A DNA stretch of 60,538 bases, the filler included, from Hausera hauseri (Eukaryota): assembly GCA_046269625.1 (NCBI GenBank). It is 11 parts of 11 records of this genome, joined end to end, with 100 filler letters (N's around TTAATTAATTAA, not from the genome) between each part and the next. Parts side by side here need not be neighbours in the genome. Positions count along the whole stretch, not along the records: positions 38,564 to 45,636 come from JBJURY010039777.1; positions 45,737 to 51,271 come from JBJURY010234740.1; positions 51,372 to 55,411 come from JBJURY010801090.1; positions 55,512 to 60,538 come from JBJURY010357154.1; 7 more parts are not named here. One strand, written 5' to 3'. Position 1 is the first letter of the stretch; each line of letters opens with the position of its first letter. Shown here piece after piece: positions 45,437 to 58,500 of the stretch. The position numbers were made by a program, and so were the translations under genes. The notes under the pieces were generated by a model. That model searched no databases. It had not been told where the DNA came from and saw only the letters and a list, made by a program, of their open reading frames with translations.

Positions 45437-45636
45437 CTGAGACAGAGCAATGTAGGGGTTCCCTGCCCCTTGGAGGACATAAAAATCTCCTTTCACCAAA
45501 TTTTCACCATCACAACCGAAGCTTCTACAATTTTTATTTAATTCTCTCCTTTCGGTGGGTGCTTTCAATCATAATTTAGCACACATCAACTCATCCTCTA
45601 TGGTTTGCCATTAATCATTTTTAATTTCCCATCTAT
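45437..45636. repeat. Diverged direct repeat of the contig start (38564-38800)
   Basis: Same sequence with a net 37-bp deletion and several substitutions. Confidence 0.92.
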
Positions 45637-48152
45637 NNNNNNNNNNNNNNNNNNNNNNNNNNNNNNNNNNNNNNNNNNNNTTAATTAATTAANNNNNNNN
45701 NNNNNNNNNNNNNNNNNNNNNNNNNNNNNNNNNNNNTAAAAAATTAAATATAAACGTTGCCCGATGAATTTACTTCATAAAGTAATCATCTAGGGGCGAT
45801 ATGATATGATCCAAAATTTGACTCACCCTAGTACTTAATATTACTATTGATAACTTTTTTCTTTGAAAATTATTTTTTATTCTCACTGTAATTGTAAGGC
45901 AAAACCTTACATTGCGTTTCATGCACCATTAAGAATAACTTTAGTCTTCTCTCCATTAAATAACATGCAAAGTGTTAATCTCAGTCGTAAATTCAGGAAT
46001 TCGGGTAATTTTATTTTTTCCCATAAGGTTCCATGTTTACTGCATGTCAACTATTTGTTCAGTCCTCATATATTCGAGTTTGGAGAGACTTATTAATTGA
46101 ACATGTGTTGAATTAACGGGGAGAACAAATTTACTTCAACGATTATTTTTAGCGCGTTGAGTACGGTGAGACAGACGATAGGATCTTACCTAGCCTTAAG
46201 TTATAGGTAATATGTAAGGGGATAGTGGTCGTTACGGCTGATTTTATCTTACTTTCTACGGTTTACTTAAAGTCAAATTACTTAAATATACGGGCTGCCG
46301 TCAGGTAGGTTTGACCTGGACGGCTGTTTCTTCCAATTTACTTGAGAATTTACTTATTTAGTTACTTTAGTTACAGTGGGAGAACAATTCTTGATGTAAA
46401 AATGCAATGCATTATTAACGATAACAACGTTATAAGAATAAAACATACGATTAAAAGATAACCAATTTATAAAATGTATCACCATTACCAAAAATCAGAG
46501 TAAAAATGACGGTAATACTCACGTAAAATATTTGAATCACGAGAGAAGTGTCTCAAGCCGAAGACAAAAATAGTTAAATTGTGACAGAATACTACTATAT
46601 TTATAGTCATCTCTCAACCACCATGTAAACAAGAAAATGTACAAATCCATTAGATAAATACACAATTCTCCAACAAAAACTAAAAGAAATTACCAAAGTT
46701 GATTAACACTTTTCAGACTATACAGGTAATTGCTATTTACATTTCATATGGTTAATTGATTTTTAGATTGCCAGTTCGTTGTTGTTTTCATTTCTCATTG
46801 AGGTAATTGGCTTTTGTTTGTTTTTAATTTCGGTTTTTATTTGTTTTATTTTAGGAAGTCTGTCATATTATCCAACTGTGAATCATCATCTCAGTCTTCA
46901 ATCCAGCAAATGCCATTCATCTTTCTGTGGGTCTGACAGTGAAACTGCCTGCGTCTGAATTCGGTCGTCTTGTTGTAATGATAGGCTCGCAAAACTCAGA
47001 TAATACATCTATTTTCATACATAATGAATTAGTGATATAAAAAGATTAGAATGTAATTGATAATAAATCAAATGAATCGACATTTTCTGTGAAAAAATTT
47101 ATTTTACTAAAAAACAGGTACACCATTCGGACGGCTTCATTTCATTAATTAATTAATTAAATTAAAATTTAATTTATTACCTTTGACGTTGCCATTATTA
47201 GGTACCACTCCGTCATTTCTTTCTAACCCGCTTATGTTGGATATTGTTAGGATTTAGTTGATCAAATTCGCCGTACAATATTAACTGAATTTTGTGACGT
47301 GTCGTCGTACGAAATTCTTTGTCCATTTGTTGCTATCGGTTCTGTTCCGAATACTCTTCTATGCTATGACTTGGTGTAAACTTGCATTGGAATAACTTTA
47401 ATTACCGATTGATTTGAATTTGCTACTCGTACAAAGTCAATTAGAAGAATATTGTCTTCGCGGATTTATGATTCCTTTTCTGTAGACAATAATGGGGTAA
47501 CTCTGAAGTTGGAACAAACTGATTTAATTTTGAAAATTTGGAGAAATTCTGAAGTCAAACAGTAACAATTATCGTATTATTAAAGTTTACCTAGGACAAT
47601 TCCTTGAGAATCTCGCTGAATATTTAGAAAATATTTTGTCACAAACTTGAATCGCAATAATTATGGTTATTTGACTACTTTGATGATGGTTTATATACTG
47701 TCTCACATCGAGTACGCTATAAGGTAAAAATGTTCCATCGGTAGATCAAGAATCTAATTCCTGTAAAATTTATGTTGCATTCCAACTAAGAGAAATAAAA
47801 TATTAGTAAGTTCTGTAATCAATTATTGAAATCATACTTGTTTATTCAGCTACATTTTTATCAAGCGGTATTTATATATGTAAAGATCTGTTAGCAGATA
47901 GATAAATATCTACATAAAAGCAGAATTATTCAAATAAAAAATATTTTAGATGGCTCGTCGTTCGAGAAACAACAAATGGCGAATCAATAATCTCAAGAAA
48001 GGAATCCAGAACAATCCAAAAAGTGACAAGTTTTGAGGAATGATTTTGTGAAAAAAAATAAGGCACTGAAAAAATCGATACCTGGCGGATCAAAGAATGG
48101 CACAAATTTTATCGAACCTAAAGACAAAGGAAAACACTTGAAAATGCTCGAA

Positions 48153-49406
48153 AGTAGTGCGCCCAATAAGTAGTGAGACTCTTATAGAAAGAAGTACATA
48201 AAATAAGTCAAACTAAAAATATATATTCTCTAATATATATGGGTAAATATTATACAATTTGTTTTATCTAACTACTTTTGCTTTTGTCACTTTAGCATTT
48301 ATTTCAAAATGTCTGGAAAGCATACAGTATCGCAATGTCATTCGTTTCCTATTTAAGTAAGGCAAGAGTAGGGAAGAAGTCAATGAAGAGTTGATTGATG
48401 TTTATGGAAATAAGTGTCCTTCTAGAACAACATTTTATCGTTGGTACAATTACGTTCAGAGTGGAATGTCCTCCATTATTGATGACGAGAAGCCAGGGGG
48501 CCTTGTGAAATTGATCAAAAAATAAAGGAAGAACTGAGAAAAATAGTTCAGAACAAGAGAAAAATTACAACCAGAGAATTGACAACGAGTCTTAATGTGA
48601 CTAAAGGAACTATTAGCACCCTGCTCAGTGAAACTGGAATCAGAAAATTATGTTCTCGCTTCGTGCCACGATTTTTAACTGGTGAAATGTAAAATCGCCG
48701 ACTGCAATGTTGCAGAGAGAACCGTCAGATTTTAGACGATGTTGGAGAGCGTTTCTTGGATAATATCATTACCATGGATAAGACATCGCTATTATTGTAT
48801 GTCCCAGAGTCTAAACGGGAATCTTTAGAGCGGAGACTGCCTGGAGAGGCCAACTCAAAGAAGATGAGGTCTTTAACACGTCACCAAAATGTTCTCATAT
48901 TGACTGCCTTTTGAGATGCTAATGGCATTATCCTGGCTGATTTTGCTGAAAATGGTATGAGAATCAACAGCTCCTACTACTCTAATATCGTACAACAAAC
49001 AAAAAAGGTCCAAAGAAAAAGCCGAATTTATTCGCACAAGCGGAGTTTCATTGGGCACAATTGAGGGTTGTGAATTAAAACGGCTTCCGCATCCTCCATA
49101 CAGTCCGGATTTAGCTCCATTGGACTTCTACTTGCTTAATCATTTTAAAAGAACGCTGCGAGGTCAGAAATTTGCCTCAAAGGAAGATTTGAAAGATACA
49201 GTGACGCACTTTTTACCAAAAAGTCTTTCGATTTCTTCAAAATCAACTTCAAAAACCTGGTCACACGCTGGAAAAGTGTTTTGATAAAAATAAAAAATAT
49301 TTTCGAGAAATAAATTCTACATGGCTTCCTTGCTGCAAATACAAAATATATTTGGCTTTACTTATTTCTTTCTTTAAGTCTCATTTTATTTATTGGGCTT
49401 ACCACG
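48153..49406 (+). mobile_element. Degenerate mariner element with TIRs
   Basis: TIRs ..GCCCAATAAGTAGTGAGACT and AGTCTCATTTTATTTATTGGGC..CG|TA. Transposase ~48309-49315: YRNVIRFL, TTFYRWY, FVPRFL, IITMDKT, LPHPPYSPDLAPLDFYL; stops and deletions. Confidence 0.9.
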
Positions 49407-50704
49407 TATGCTCAAAAAGAAATCAACGGCAAGCCAAATTTTGATCAAAACATTAAAATATTCTCGTCTTTACTCTCTGCGTAAGGAAAAGGAAAAGAAG
49501 TTAATTTCCAGGGTTTATCAACTTTTAAGACATGCATCGCTACACTCGAAAAACTTTTAGGAATGATATGCAGCGCAAGAATGTCGGATACAGCACCAGT
49601 GAAGATGAACTGTTTCTTTCAAAACTTGATTGGCTCTGTCATTGCTCCAAAACGTTTCTGGGATCAGACCAGAAAGAAATTAAAGGCTATTATTTGTTAT
49701 GAAAGCGATGAAAACGGGGTTGTGACTCTCATGAACATTGAAAAATTGTAGAAGAAAGGAAAAAACGACTTAGATTAAGCGACGAACAAGGAAACGTTTT
49801 GTTGTATTCACTGGATAAAGGTCGTGAAAGAGTTTTGCAACCATCTCCTTTGTATTTCATCAAAAGACTTCGTCATACTATAATTGTCTTTTTGTTTTAT
49901 GTTGAGAGGGATCCGATTACTATTCGAGTTTGAGCGTCAAGAAAATAAAAACGCCGTATGATGCTCTTTTGAAAGCCAGCTATAAGATTTTCTTGGGTGG
50001 TGACTTGTCATTTTTAAGCACCAATTTTGGTTTTACGTGTGTAATGACTTTTAGATGTGGTTGATGCTCCAAATGATTTGAAAAAGGAAAATCGACAAAC
50101 CTATGCATGATTAATTTCCAAAAGTACAAAGCGAGAACCGAGACATGTCCGAACACTGAGAAACGAAATCGAAAACAAAAGTTGGTTCCAAAAATGGGGT
50201 CTTATTGAGGTCCTGAAAAAAAACTTTTTCCTCCCATATTACAGACTAAAATCAAAATCGGAAACAGTTCATTTGAGCAATTGCAAAAATTGAATAATGA
50301 TTTCCTGACTTTCAACATTTTTACAAAGAAAAGCATTTGAATTTAGATAGGAAAGTAAAACAAGTTTTCTATGCAAAGTTTCACGAAAATGATATAAAGC
50401 GATTATTTTCTATTTTACCTGAACTGGGATGCCTTTTGGCCAAAAAAAGCGTACCGGAAAAGAGTAGGTAGATGTGAGCACACCAGGCCAGACCCCCACC
50501 CCACCGCGGCAAACAAATTGATGTGGTTCGCGGATAAGTCATGGGGTAGAAAGAATTATACACGCATACACGGTTAATAGGGCAGAGATAAGAGGCACAC
50601 AGTTACAAAGTGGATACACACAAGCACGCGAAATGTATGGATTTGGGCGGGATAAAAAAATTTGAATTTGGCGCTAAAAAATTTTGTTTATATTTTGCCA
50701 GTGA

Positions 50705-50795
50705 AAAAGCATTTTCTGGCCTGATTGTGGTTTTACTATTCCCACCCCTAGAACAAAGCATTCTGGTTTGATGGTGGTTTCACTATTCTCACCAC
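50705..50795. repeat. Two ~47-bp tandem units; related copy at 59880-59950
   Basis: TGGCCTGATTGTGGTTTTACTATTCCCACCCCTAGAACAAAG versus TGGCCTCATTTGGTTTCACTATTCCCACCCCGAACAAAG in contig 11. Confidence 0.7.
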
Positions 50796-52244
50796 ACTTT
50801 GTTTAAATTTTGGTGCAAACGTAATCTGGTTGGTCGGCTTGCGCCAAAAAAATTTGTTTAAATTTCACAAATTTTTTATAAATATTCATGTGAAACTGTC
50901 ACTTATGAAAATGTCTCAACCAGATATCTTGGCAACATTTAAGTCGAAAATGGCAGTTTATGCAGCAGTGATTAAGTTGAAACAAGAAGATATTCATCAA
51001 TGATTACATGAATTTCAGGCTGTGTTTACTACAACAGATGATTTAGCGTATGGAACACCGCAGATTCTGTTGGCGGTAATACGGAGCAGATTGATTATTG
51101 TTAGTCCAATGATTGAAAAAATAATCAGAATGGCAGAAGAATTAGAAAGCAGTCAGAAAGAACTGAGCAGTGTGATTGTTGAATTTAATAGACAATGAAT
51201 GTATTCAGTAACCTGATTGTATAATAAATCTTGTATTCAGTGACTTGTTATTTTTAACTATAAAACATGTTNNNNNNNNNNNNNNNNNNNNNNNNNNNNN
51301 NNNNNNNNNNNNNNNTTAATTAATTAANNNNNNNNNNNNNNNNNNNNNNNNNNNNNNNNNNNNNNNNNNNNATTTTTTAATACACATACATACATTAAGG
51401 CCTTATATGCTATTTACGAACCCTTCTTTTCGAAGGAGGGGGAATTAGTTACAATACATGATTTTTAGGTGTGCGCATACATGAAAAAATAAATCACATG
51501 ACTTTTTATATACGCATACATTTTCGATAGACATATCCATGCATCTACACATTACCTATGTAACTTTAAACTACTTTGATTTCTTTTCAAAAAACCGATG
51601 TCAGATGTAAGTTTTGTTTTAAGCATTTTTCATTTTTTACATTAATTTTGTTAGAAATGTCAACTTTACAAATCCCGCAATTCTGCAGTGCACAACGAAA
51701 GAAATTGTCATAGAACAATGGAAAAATATTATGGAGTTTTATTTTATTGTTCAAATTATTATATTTCCATTCTATAAGACAATCACAAGGCTTCCTTATT
51801 CAGAATTTTTCAAAAAGCATGGACATCACCTGTCCGATTTCTGTCAAAAGAAGAGTGATTTTTCAAAATCAAAAGGAGGCACTGGATATGGCAAAGAAAT
51901 TATTCAAGCAGAATAATGATAATGGACAATCAACCAGTGCATCAGTACAAACATGACGAGGCCGAAAGCGCTCTAGTGTCATTTTGACTGGGCGGCTTAA
52001 GCAAGGAAGACATTCAGATGGTGTTGCTTTTAAAAGTCGAAATCGAAAATTTTTACTACCTGCAACAGGACAAAATATGTTGCAGGATTTTCTGGATTCC
52101 ATTTTAAATGAATCAATAGGAATAGGGATCTTCAACATGACTTATTTCTCATGTATCAGCTTTCCACCATTTCCATATATTTGCGATTGATGATTCACAG
52201 AAAATTTATCCATTCAAAATATTGAATGTTGAAAACCAGGTCAT

Positions 52245-52435
52245 AGGGACATACTTTTACTAAACGAAGAGGACAAAAATCACTATGTATGGATCAAAAG
52301 CCTTTCACGACTGGCCAAAAAAGAAATCTCTACTCAACATTGGAGTATTTAAGTGTGCAAAAGATGCTTGAAACACTTTAATGATTGTACGGATCAAATG
52401 AAAATACAAGAACACGAACTGTATTGCAATGAAAG
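52245..52435 (+). mobile_element. Remnant of Polinton pPolB N-terminal region
   Basis: HILLLNEEDKNHYVWIKSLSRL..VCKRCLKHF..EHELYC, the same motif class as 28720-28870. Confidence 0.7.
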
Positions 52436-52669
52436 GCGTACTTACGAGTTGAGTTTGCAAAGGTGAATTACAATGTTTCAGTTGTATTCAAATTCTCAGA
52501 GTACCAATATTACACCCGATACGGCATGTCATCAAAATCCTCAACAGTCCCATACTGCACATATTAAGGCTATTAATGTGTATCTTTCTAAGCTTCTCTT
52601 GTCACTAGTAAAATTCTTTGCTAGTGTAGGGTTGTTGTAGAAAATAAAACATACATTATACATGTATTT

Positions 52670-55088
52670 GTGTAATACTATTTGTAAGGCGTTTTTGACC
52701 AAAAGGTTGGACCCTAAAATAAAGTGATTTCACTGAAATTTTAAAAATAGATATACGTTGATATGGAGCAACTTTGGGTACAATATCCGTTAAAAATTCT
52801 TAGTAAAAGTAAAATTGTGCCCGCCTTGCTATACAATAAGATGCCAATGAACTGTCGGACATTTTTGTCCGTGAAATCCATAGGACCTTTGAGTCAGGCC
52901 TACTTGTTCTTTTGATAAGTACCAGAAGAGCAAAGCGAACGTTTGGCTGGTTTTCAGTTAAGTCTGCCTCTGCTCTTACTTCAGCAGACGGTTCATAAGC
53001 TGGAAATCATTGAGAAACGCTTTAATGGCGAGGGCCTTCATCTATGTGAAAAGGTAGGCAAGGCGGCAAACACCGCGAGGTCTCGGATTCTTTGCCATGT
53101 AGTGGCATTCATCCAAAATTCTTCCCGAAATAACCATATCTTTGTAGCATAATTAACCAACGGGCTCGATATTCATCGACTTCCTCTCATCGTTTCAAAT
53201 GAATGGAAGCAAACATTTTCAACCGATAATCCTCCAAGAAAGATGAAACAGAGCTGCAAGTACTTTTCGTAGTCGTCTCGAGCCATTTGCATTTTAAGTT
53301 AATTTTGAAGGAAGGCTAGGATGTCGGCGCGTGACGTTGCCACAATCGATTCGACGGACAGATCCGACGATGCAGGCTGAAAGTTATAGTTGTTGATCGA
53401 TGTTTATTCGTTCTGAAATCGCTTGAATAGAAGGATTTCTGGACCCGTAGATTCTCCGATTATTGCGTAAAAGGCGCTATCAACGATGATATCCATTACA
53501 TGGTGCCGACATGCAAACCAAAGCAGATCCTCCTGTAATTTTTTTCCAAAAGTGCGCATGTATCGGAACGGTGACGTATTGCTAGACGTAGTGTCAAAGT
53601 AGACGGCGTCAACCCGTTCCTTTAAGTTCCATTTTCGATTTTCTCTGTCACTGTGTCGATTGTTGCTCACCTATTTTACATGTGAGTTTTGGTACTCCCA
53701 AAAGCTGCACCACGCCAGCGCCGGAAATGAGAATGGTCGATCCACGTGCTGTTTGAAAAGAAAGTCCCCAAGAAGTTTCACGTCCCAATGAATCGTTAAG
53801 AGGACCAAATTGCAAAATTCAGATATATCAGTCTGGTATACATTGTTTTACGTGAACGTGATTTTTTCCGGTGGATTGACCTTTTGTTGATGTTCAAAGA
53901 GCCTACATAAAAACCAAGACCAGAAGCGGCCTCATTAAGAATGTAAGGGACCTTTTTGGATGACGTCTGTGTCCTGTTCCATGCATCGGCAAGACCTGGT
54001 ATCGTGATGCTGATTCTGGCTCGCTTTGACTCACCTGCACCAACAAATGCTCAAATCGATTACGAAAGAACGGAGGAATTGCTGTCGTATTCTGCTTCAA
54101 TATCACTAGTGGAATCAGACATTACTATACATTGGCATTCGGAAGGCTTTTTTGGCTGAAACTGCTTCCTTCCTACGCAAACCAGCTTTCAAACGTTCAA
54201 TGTTCTTATCGTTTCGCTTTGTCTGAAACTTGCCCAGTTACGCAATTGATTTCGGTCGACACCTCTTGTTTTGTGAAAGTAAATGTTTACTATCCTCCGG
54301 AATTTTCATCATCTTAAACGCATCGGCATGGGCAAGTTGAATACACCGTTCAGACGAGCAATGAACTCATACTCCTTTTTCTTGTGTCCTGGCGTAGCAC
54401 AAGGAAATGTTTTAGCAAGCACTTCTAGTCTGTGAATACCATCGCCAGTTTCGCAATAGAGTCCTGCAAATGTTGCGCCCGAACTCTTGCCTTTTCCCAT
54501 ATTTTTGTTGCCGATTGTACTGTGTTTTTGCTTGCTTCGCGAATCGTTTTCTGCTTACATTGATGCACGTACAAGAAAATTGAAAAAACTTGTTTGTACG
54601 ATGGTCGCTTGGCACCAACGATTTCGGTTTGATAACAATTAATTAAATACAATTTATCAGCACTCCTCGTTATCTTTTTCTTCTCCATTTTCTTTATTAA
54701 ATTATCTAAAATAATTGACAGCCAAAGTGCTTTATTATGTGATTCAATTATAAAGTGCGTATCGATAAACAAGCAATCTAAATTTAAAAATTTAAATTTA
54801 AATTTTCTGTCACCGTTGTTTACAAACACAACTTCTTCATTTAGTTCTCAAAATACATTCTTATTTTTTACAATATTGCATGTGACAGTATAATGGACAC
54901 AGGGTGGCAGAAAGATAACTCATACTGTGGTACATTGTAGTTATTAGGGCGCAACTTTGCGCCTCGAGGGCTACCTCTAAATATTGTTTGATTTTGGTCA
55001 AATTTTGTCCAAAATGCTTTTGAATACAATGAAATAAAATGAGGAGGTCAGAGTGAAAAATTTAAAAAGAAATATTAGAGACACCCTA
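52670..55088 (-). mobile_element. Degenerate hATm-like DNA transposon
   Basis: 5' terminus TAGGGTGT (ACACCCTA at 55081-55088). Motifs GAKRPSYKQV, IWEKAR, IHWD.KLL, FDTTSSNT, LLWFACRHH, GPEILLFKRFQ, RDDY, RWMAT. Left end uncertain; ATGTATTT at 52662-52669 and 55089-55096 is a candidate 8-bp TSD. Confidence 0.75.
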
Positions 55089-55096
55089 ATGTATTT

Positions 55097-55305
55097 AAGA
55101 AACCAAAATATCGACTAGGGGATTATGTTAGAATATCTCAACATAGTACTATTCCATTTGTTAAGAAGTTTTGCAAATAATTTGAGTGATGAAGTGTTTA
55201 AAATTGATGCAATAAATACAAGATAAATGCCTATAATCTATGAAATAAAGGATGAGGAGAACAAAACAATTCGATAGGTTTTACGAATCTGAAATAAACA
55301 ATATT
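55097..55305 (+). mobile_element. Remnant of Polinton c-integrase C-terminal domain
   Basis: KKPKYRLGDYVRIS...SDEVFKI...PIIYEIKD...FYESEI matches the Maverick integrase tail pattern. Confidence 0.75.
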
Positions 55306-55599
55306 TAGTTAAGTGACATGGTTATAATAAACTGAAGTAGAATTTTCCATAAGGTTTTTATTGTAAAAGTTGATATAACATTTCACTCAATTCAATCAGT
55401 AAATGAACCTTNNNNNNNNNNNNNNNNNNNNNNNNNNNNNNNNNNNNNNNNNNNNTTAATTAATTAANNNNNNNNNNNNNNNNNNNNNNNNNNNNNNNNN
55501 NNNNNNNNNNNAAAAGAACAAAATAGACAGAAACAAAATCGCCAAACGGAAAAATGTTGTATCAATTGGTCTTAGTTTGAACAAGACGTTGGGTGCCCT

Positions 55600-58500
55600 C
55601 TACTGATTTTCCCTGCTATACATGCTAAATGTGACTTTGCGTGTTTTGTCTGTATGTGATGTGTTTGCTTGCAGAGTTTGAAGTTTGGGAAAAATTTTCA
55701 GATTTTGTTATGGGTGGTGTGTCGTGAAAAGACAAGTCAGAGAGAAGGGAAGAAGGAAGTGAAGGAGGAAGAGAGATTGTCGAAGGCGGACGGTTGAAGG
55801 AGTTTAAGAGAATGTTAGAATACAAGGGACTGGCAAAAGACGTAGTGGCGGATGAAGAAGGAGGGACGGAAATTGAAATAGGGATTGGAATTGCATTAGG
55901 CGAAAGAGTAGAAGTAGAAAGTGAAACAGATGTAGTGGTAGAGATAGGAATAGAAGTAGTGTAGAAAATGATAAAGCAGAACCAGGAGCAGAAGGAGGAG
56001 GTGGAACAAGTGTAGCAACAGATATAGGAACAGCAGGAAGTGTAGGAGTGAGAAAAGAGGTCGACGTGTCGATTGGTGAAGTGTCGTCGACAAAAAAGAC
56101 GGACTTTAAGTTGGTAATAAGCACTGTAAGGTCTCTGTCGTCTTTAGAAATAATAGCGTTGGGCGAATGCAGCTGTACCAGATTATATGGCCCCAGATAC
56201 CGCGGCTGAAAACAGCATGGCGTTTGATTCTTTAGCCATACGAATTTTGCCGAATACAAGTCTTTGGGTAAATATGTTTTGTTTTTGTGAAGTAACCTGC
56301 AGAATGAATCTCTGCTGACCGTAACGAAGTGATTTTGCGCTGCCCGTATTGTTTCATCTGTGGGTGTGTCGTCTAAGGCGGTTAGTTCGAATAATGATCG
56401 TACAGGACCTCCGAATAAGGCTTCGGTAGGTGAGAATCCTGTAGAAGTAGACGGAGTGTTCTACCAGCCAAGCAGAACAAACGGAAGAAGGTTCGTCCAA
56501 CTAGTATTGGACTCTGCAAGGATTCTTAGCGACGTTTTCAATGTTCGGTGGAAGCGTTCTAAAAGGCCATTCGATTGAGGATGGTAAGGCATAGTATGTA
56601 TGTGATGGATTCCCAATCGGTTAACAAGGGACTTGAACAGGTTGGATTCAAACTGTGGTCTAATGTCCGTGATGATGAAGCGAGGTGATCCGAACCTTCC
56701 AATCCATGTACGAATGAAAACGTCAGCTATGGTGTCAGGATTTGTGCTCTGCAGAGGGTGGCTTCTGGACATCGCGAGGAACGGTCCATCATGGTGAGAA
56801 TGAATTAATGACCGTTGTCTGGAGGAAGAGGGCCGACGATGTCAATATGCACGGATTCAATACGCGATGTGCAAGGAAAGTGGAATAGTGGTGGCTTTAA
56901 ATGCTTAGTTGTTTTGTATTTTTGCAAGCAACGCACTTCTTAACCCATGCCTGCACATAGGAACGCATTGACGGCCAAACTACTTGTCGGTGGAGTAAAC
57001 GAAAAGTGGCTTTAGCACCAGGGTGGTGTATCGAATGTACACTATTAAATGCTTGCCTTAGCAACGGTGGTGCAAGAATTATTACGGAATGACCTGGTTT
57101 GGGAGTGTCTAAAGCCACGCCGTCAACAATTGTGCAAGACTTGAAAGAATTAAGCATGTCCTGAAGTGGCTGGTTCTGTTGAAGTTGTGCTTGAGTAAAG
57201 ATTGGTGAAAAACTAATCGAACTAACCGGCCTAGATAAAAAATCGGCAACTAAATTATTAACCCCATTGATATGTTTTATGTCGAAGTTAAATGTCGACA
57301 GATATGATATCTGTCGTTCTTGGCGTGTGGAAGCATGTTTCATATCCATGATGTTTGTTAAGGGCTTGTGATCAGTCTGTATGGTAAAATGGCGGGCGAC
57401 AAGTAGGTGGGAGAAATGCTTTAAGGCGAGAAAGATGGCCAATAATTCCCGATCGAACGTTGAGTATCTAGTTTTACGGGTGTTAGCTTACGAGAGAAAA
57501 ATTCTAGCGGTTGATTTTCTCCTTTGTGGATTTGGTGAAGCACAGCACCTACCGCAGTGGTTGAAGCATCTGTGGTAAGGATAAGTTCCGCGTCAGGTAT
57601 GGGGAAAGCGAGAATGTCGACAGTCTTAATTCCTTCGCGTAGCTTATCAAACTTATCAACCAATTCAGGAGTCCACTGAATTGGCTGTTTTTTGCCTCCG
57701 CTTAAGTGTGCAAATGGTGCTGTCAATTCAGAACAATATGGTACATATTTATGTACAAAGTGTAGTGTACCAAGGAAGCTGCGCATTTCAGTGGTCGTAC
57801 GTGGTAGCTGAATATTCTTAAAGACGTCAACTCCGTCTGGTTGGGGAGAGTGGCCGTCTAGTGAAATAACGTGGCCAAAAAATTGATGCGCTTTTTGAAG
57901 AAGTGGCATTTGTCAAAATTGACTTGGCGATTATGGTGATTAAGGCGCGTTGGAATATTGCGTTTCTCATGTTGTTTGGCTGAAGCGAAACGTCCAGAAT
58001 ATCATCAATATAAGGCTGCGCAAACGGGAAATCTGAGAGAATTGTATCAATGTATCTCTGAAAGGTCTATGCGACATTTCACAAACCGAATGGCATAATC
58101 AGGTACTCGTAGAGACCAAAAGGAGAAGTGACAGAGGTCTTTTCTATGTCTTCGGGTGCAACTGGTATTTAGTGATATGCTTTGGCCAAATCGATTGTCG
58201 AATAAATTGCGGTTGAATTAAGGCGATGCAAGATATTTTTGCTGAGTGGCAGGGGTACGCATCCATAATAGTCAAGTTCAACTGTCGGTAGTCTAAAAGT
58301 TCCGTCCTTTTTGTACGACATGTAAAGGTGATGACGGTCGAGATTTGGAACGGCGTAAAATGCCGGAGCGTTCTAGTTCAAGAAATTCGGTTTCTGCGGC
58401 CTGCCTACGACAGTGGTCGTACCTTTTGACGTATTGGTCGTTGGTGCTGTGTAACTATGTGGTGTAAAGTACTGTTTCCAGGAGTAAACATACGACCTTT

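Larger units (their letters stand above)
38564..45636 (-). mobile_element. Defective, rearranged fish-type (epsilon-like, class I) endogenous retrovirus
   Basis: Minus strand carries pol pieces, env, PPT, LTR, PBS, leader and a gag start. Confidence 0.92.

Noticed and set aside
46490-47900. Possible minus-strand exons with splice-like borders
   Set aside because: All frames have stops and no recognisable motif; no call can be supported.
55804-56093. Hydrophobic Leu/Phe/His-rich ORF resembling a TM or env protein
   Set aside because: Arises from a purine-rich low-complexity tail downstream of the Gypsy integrase.
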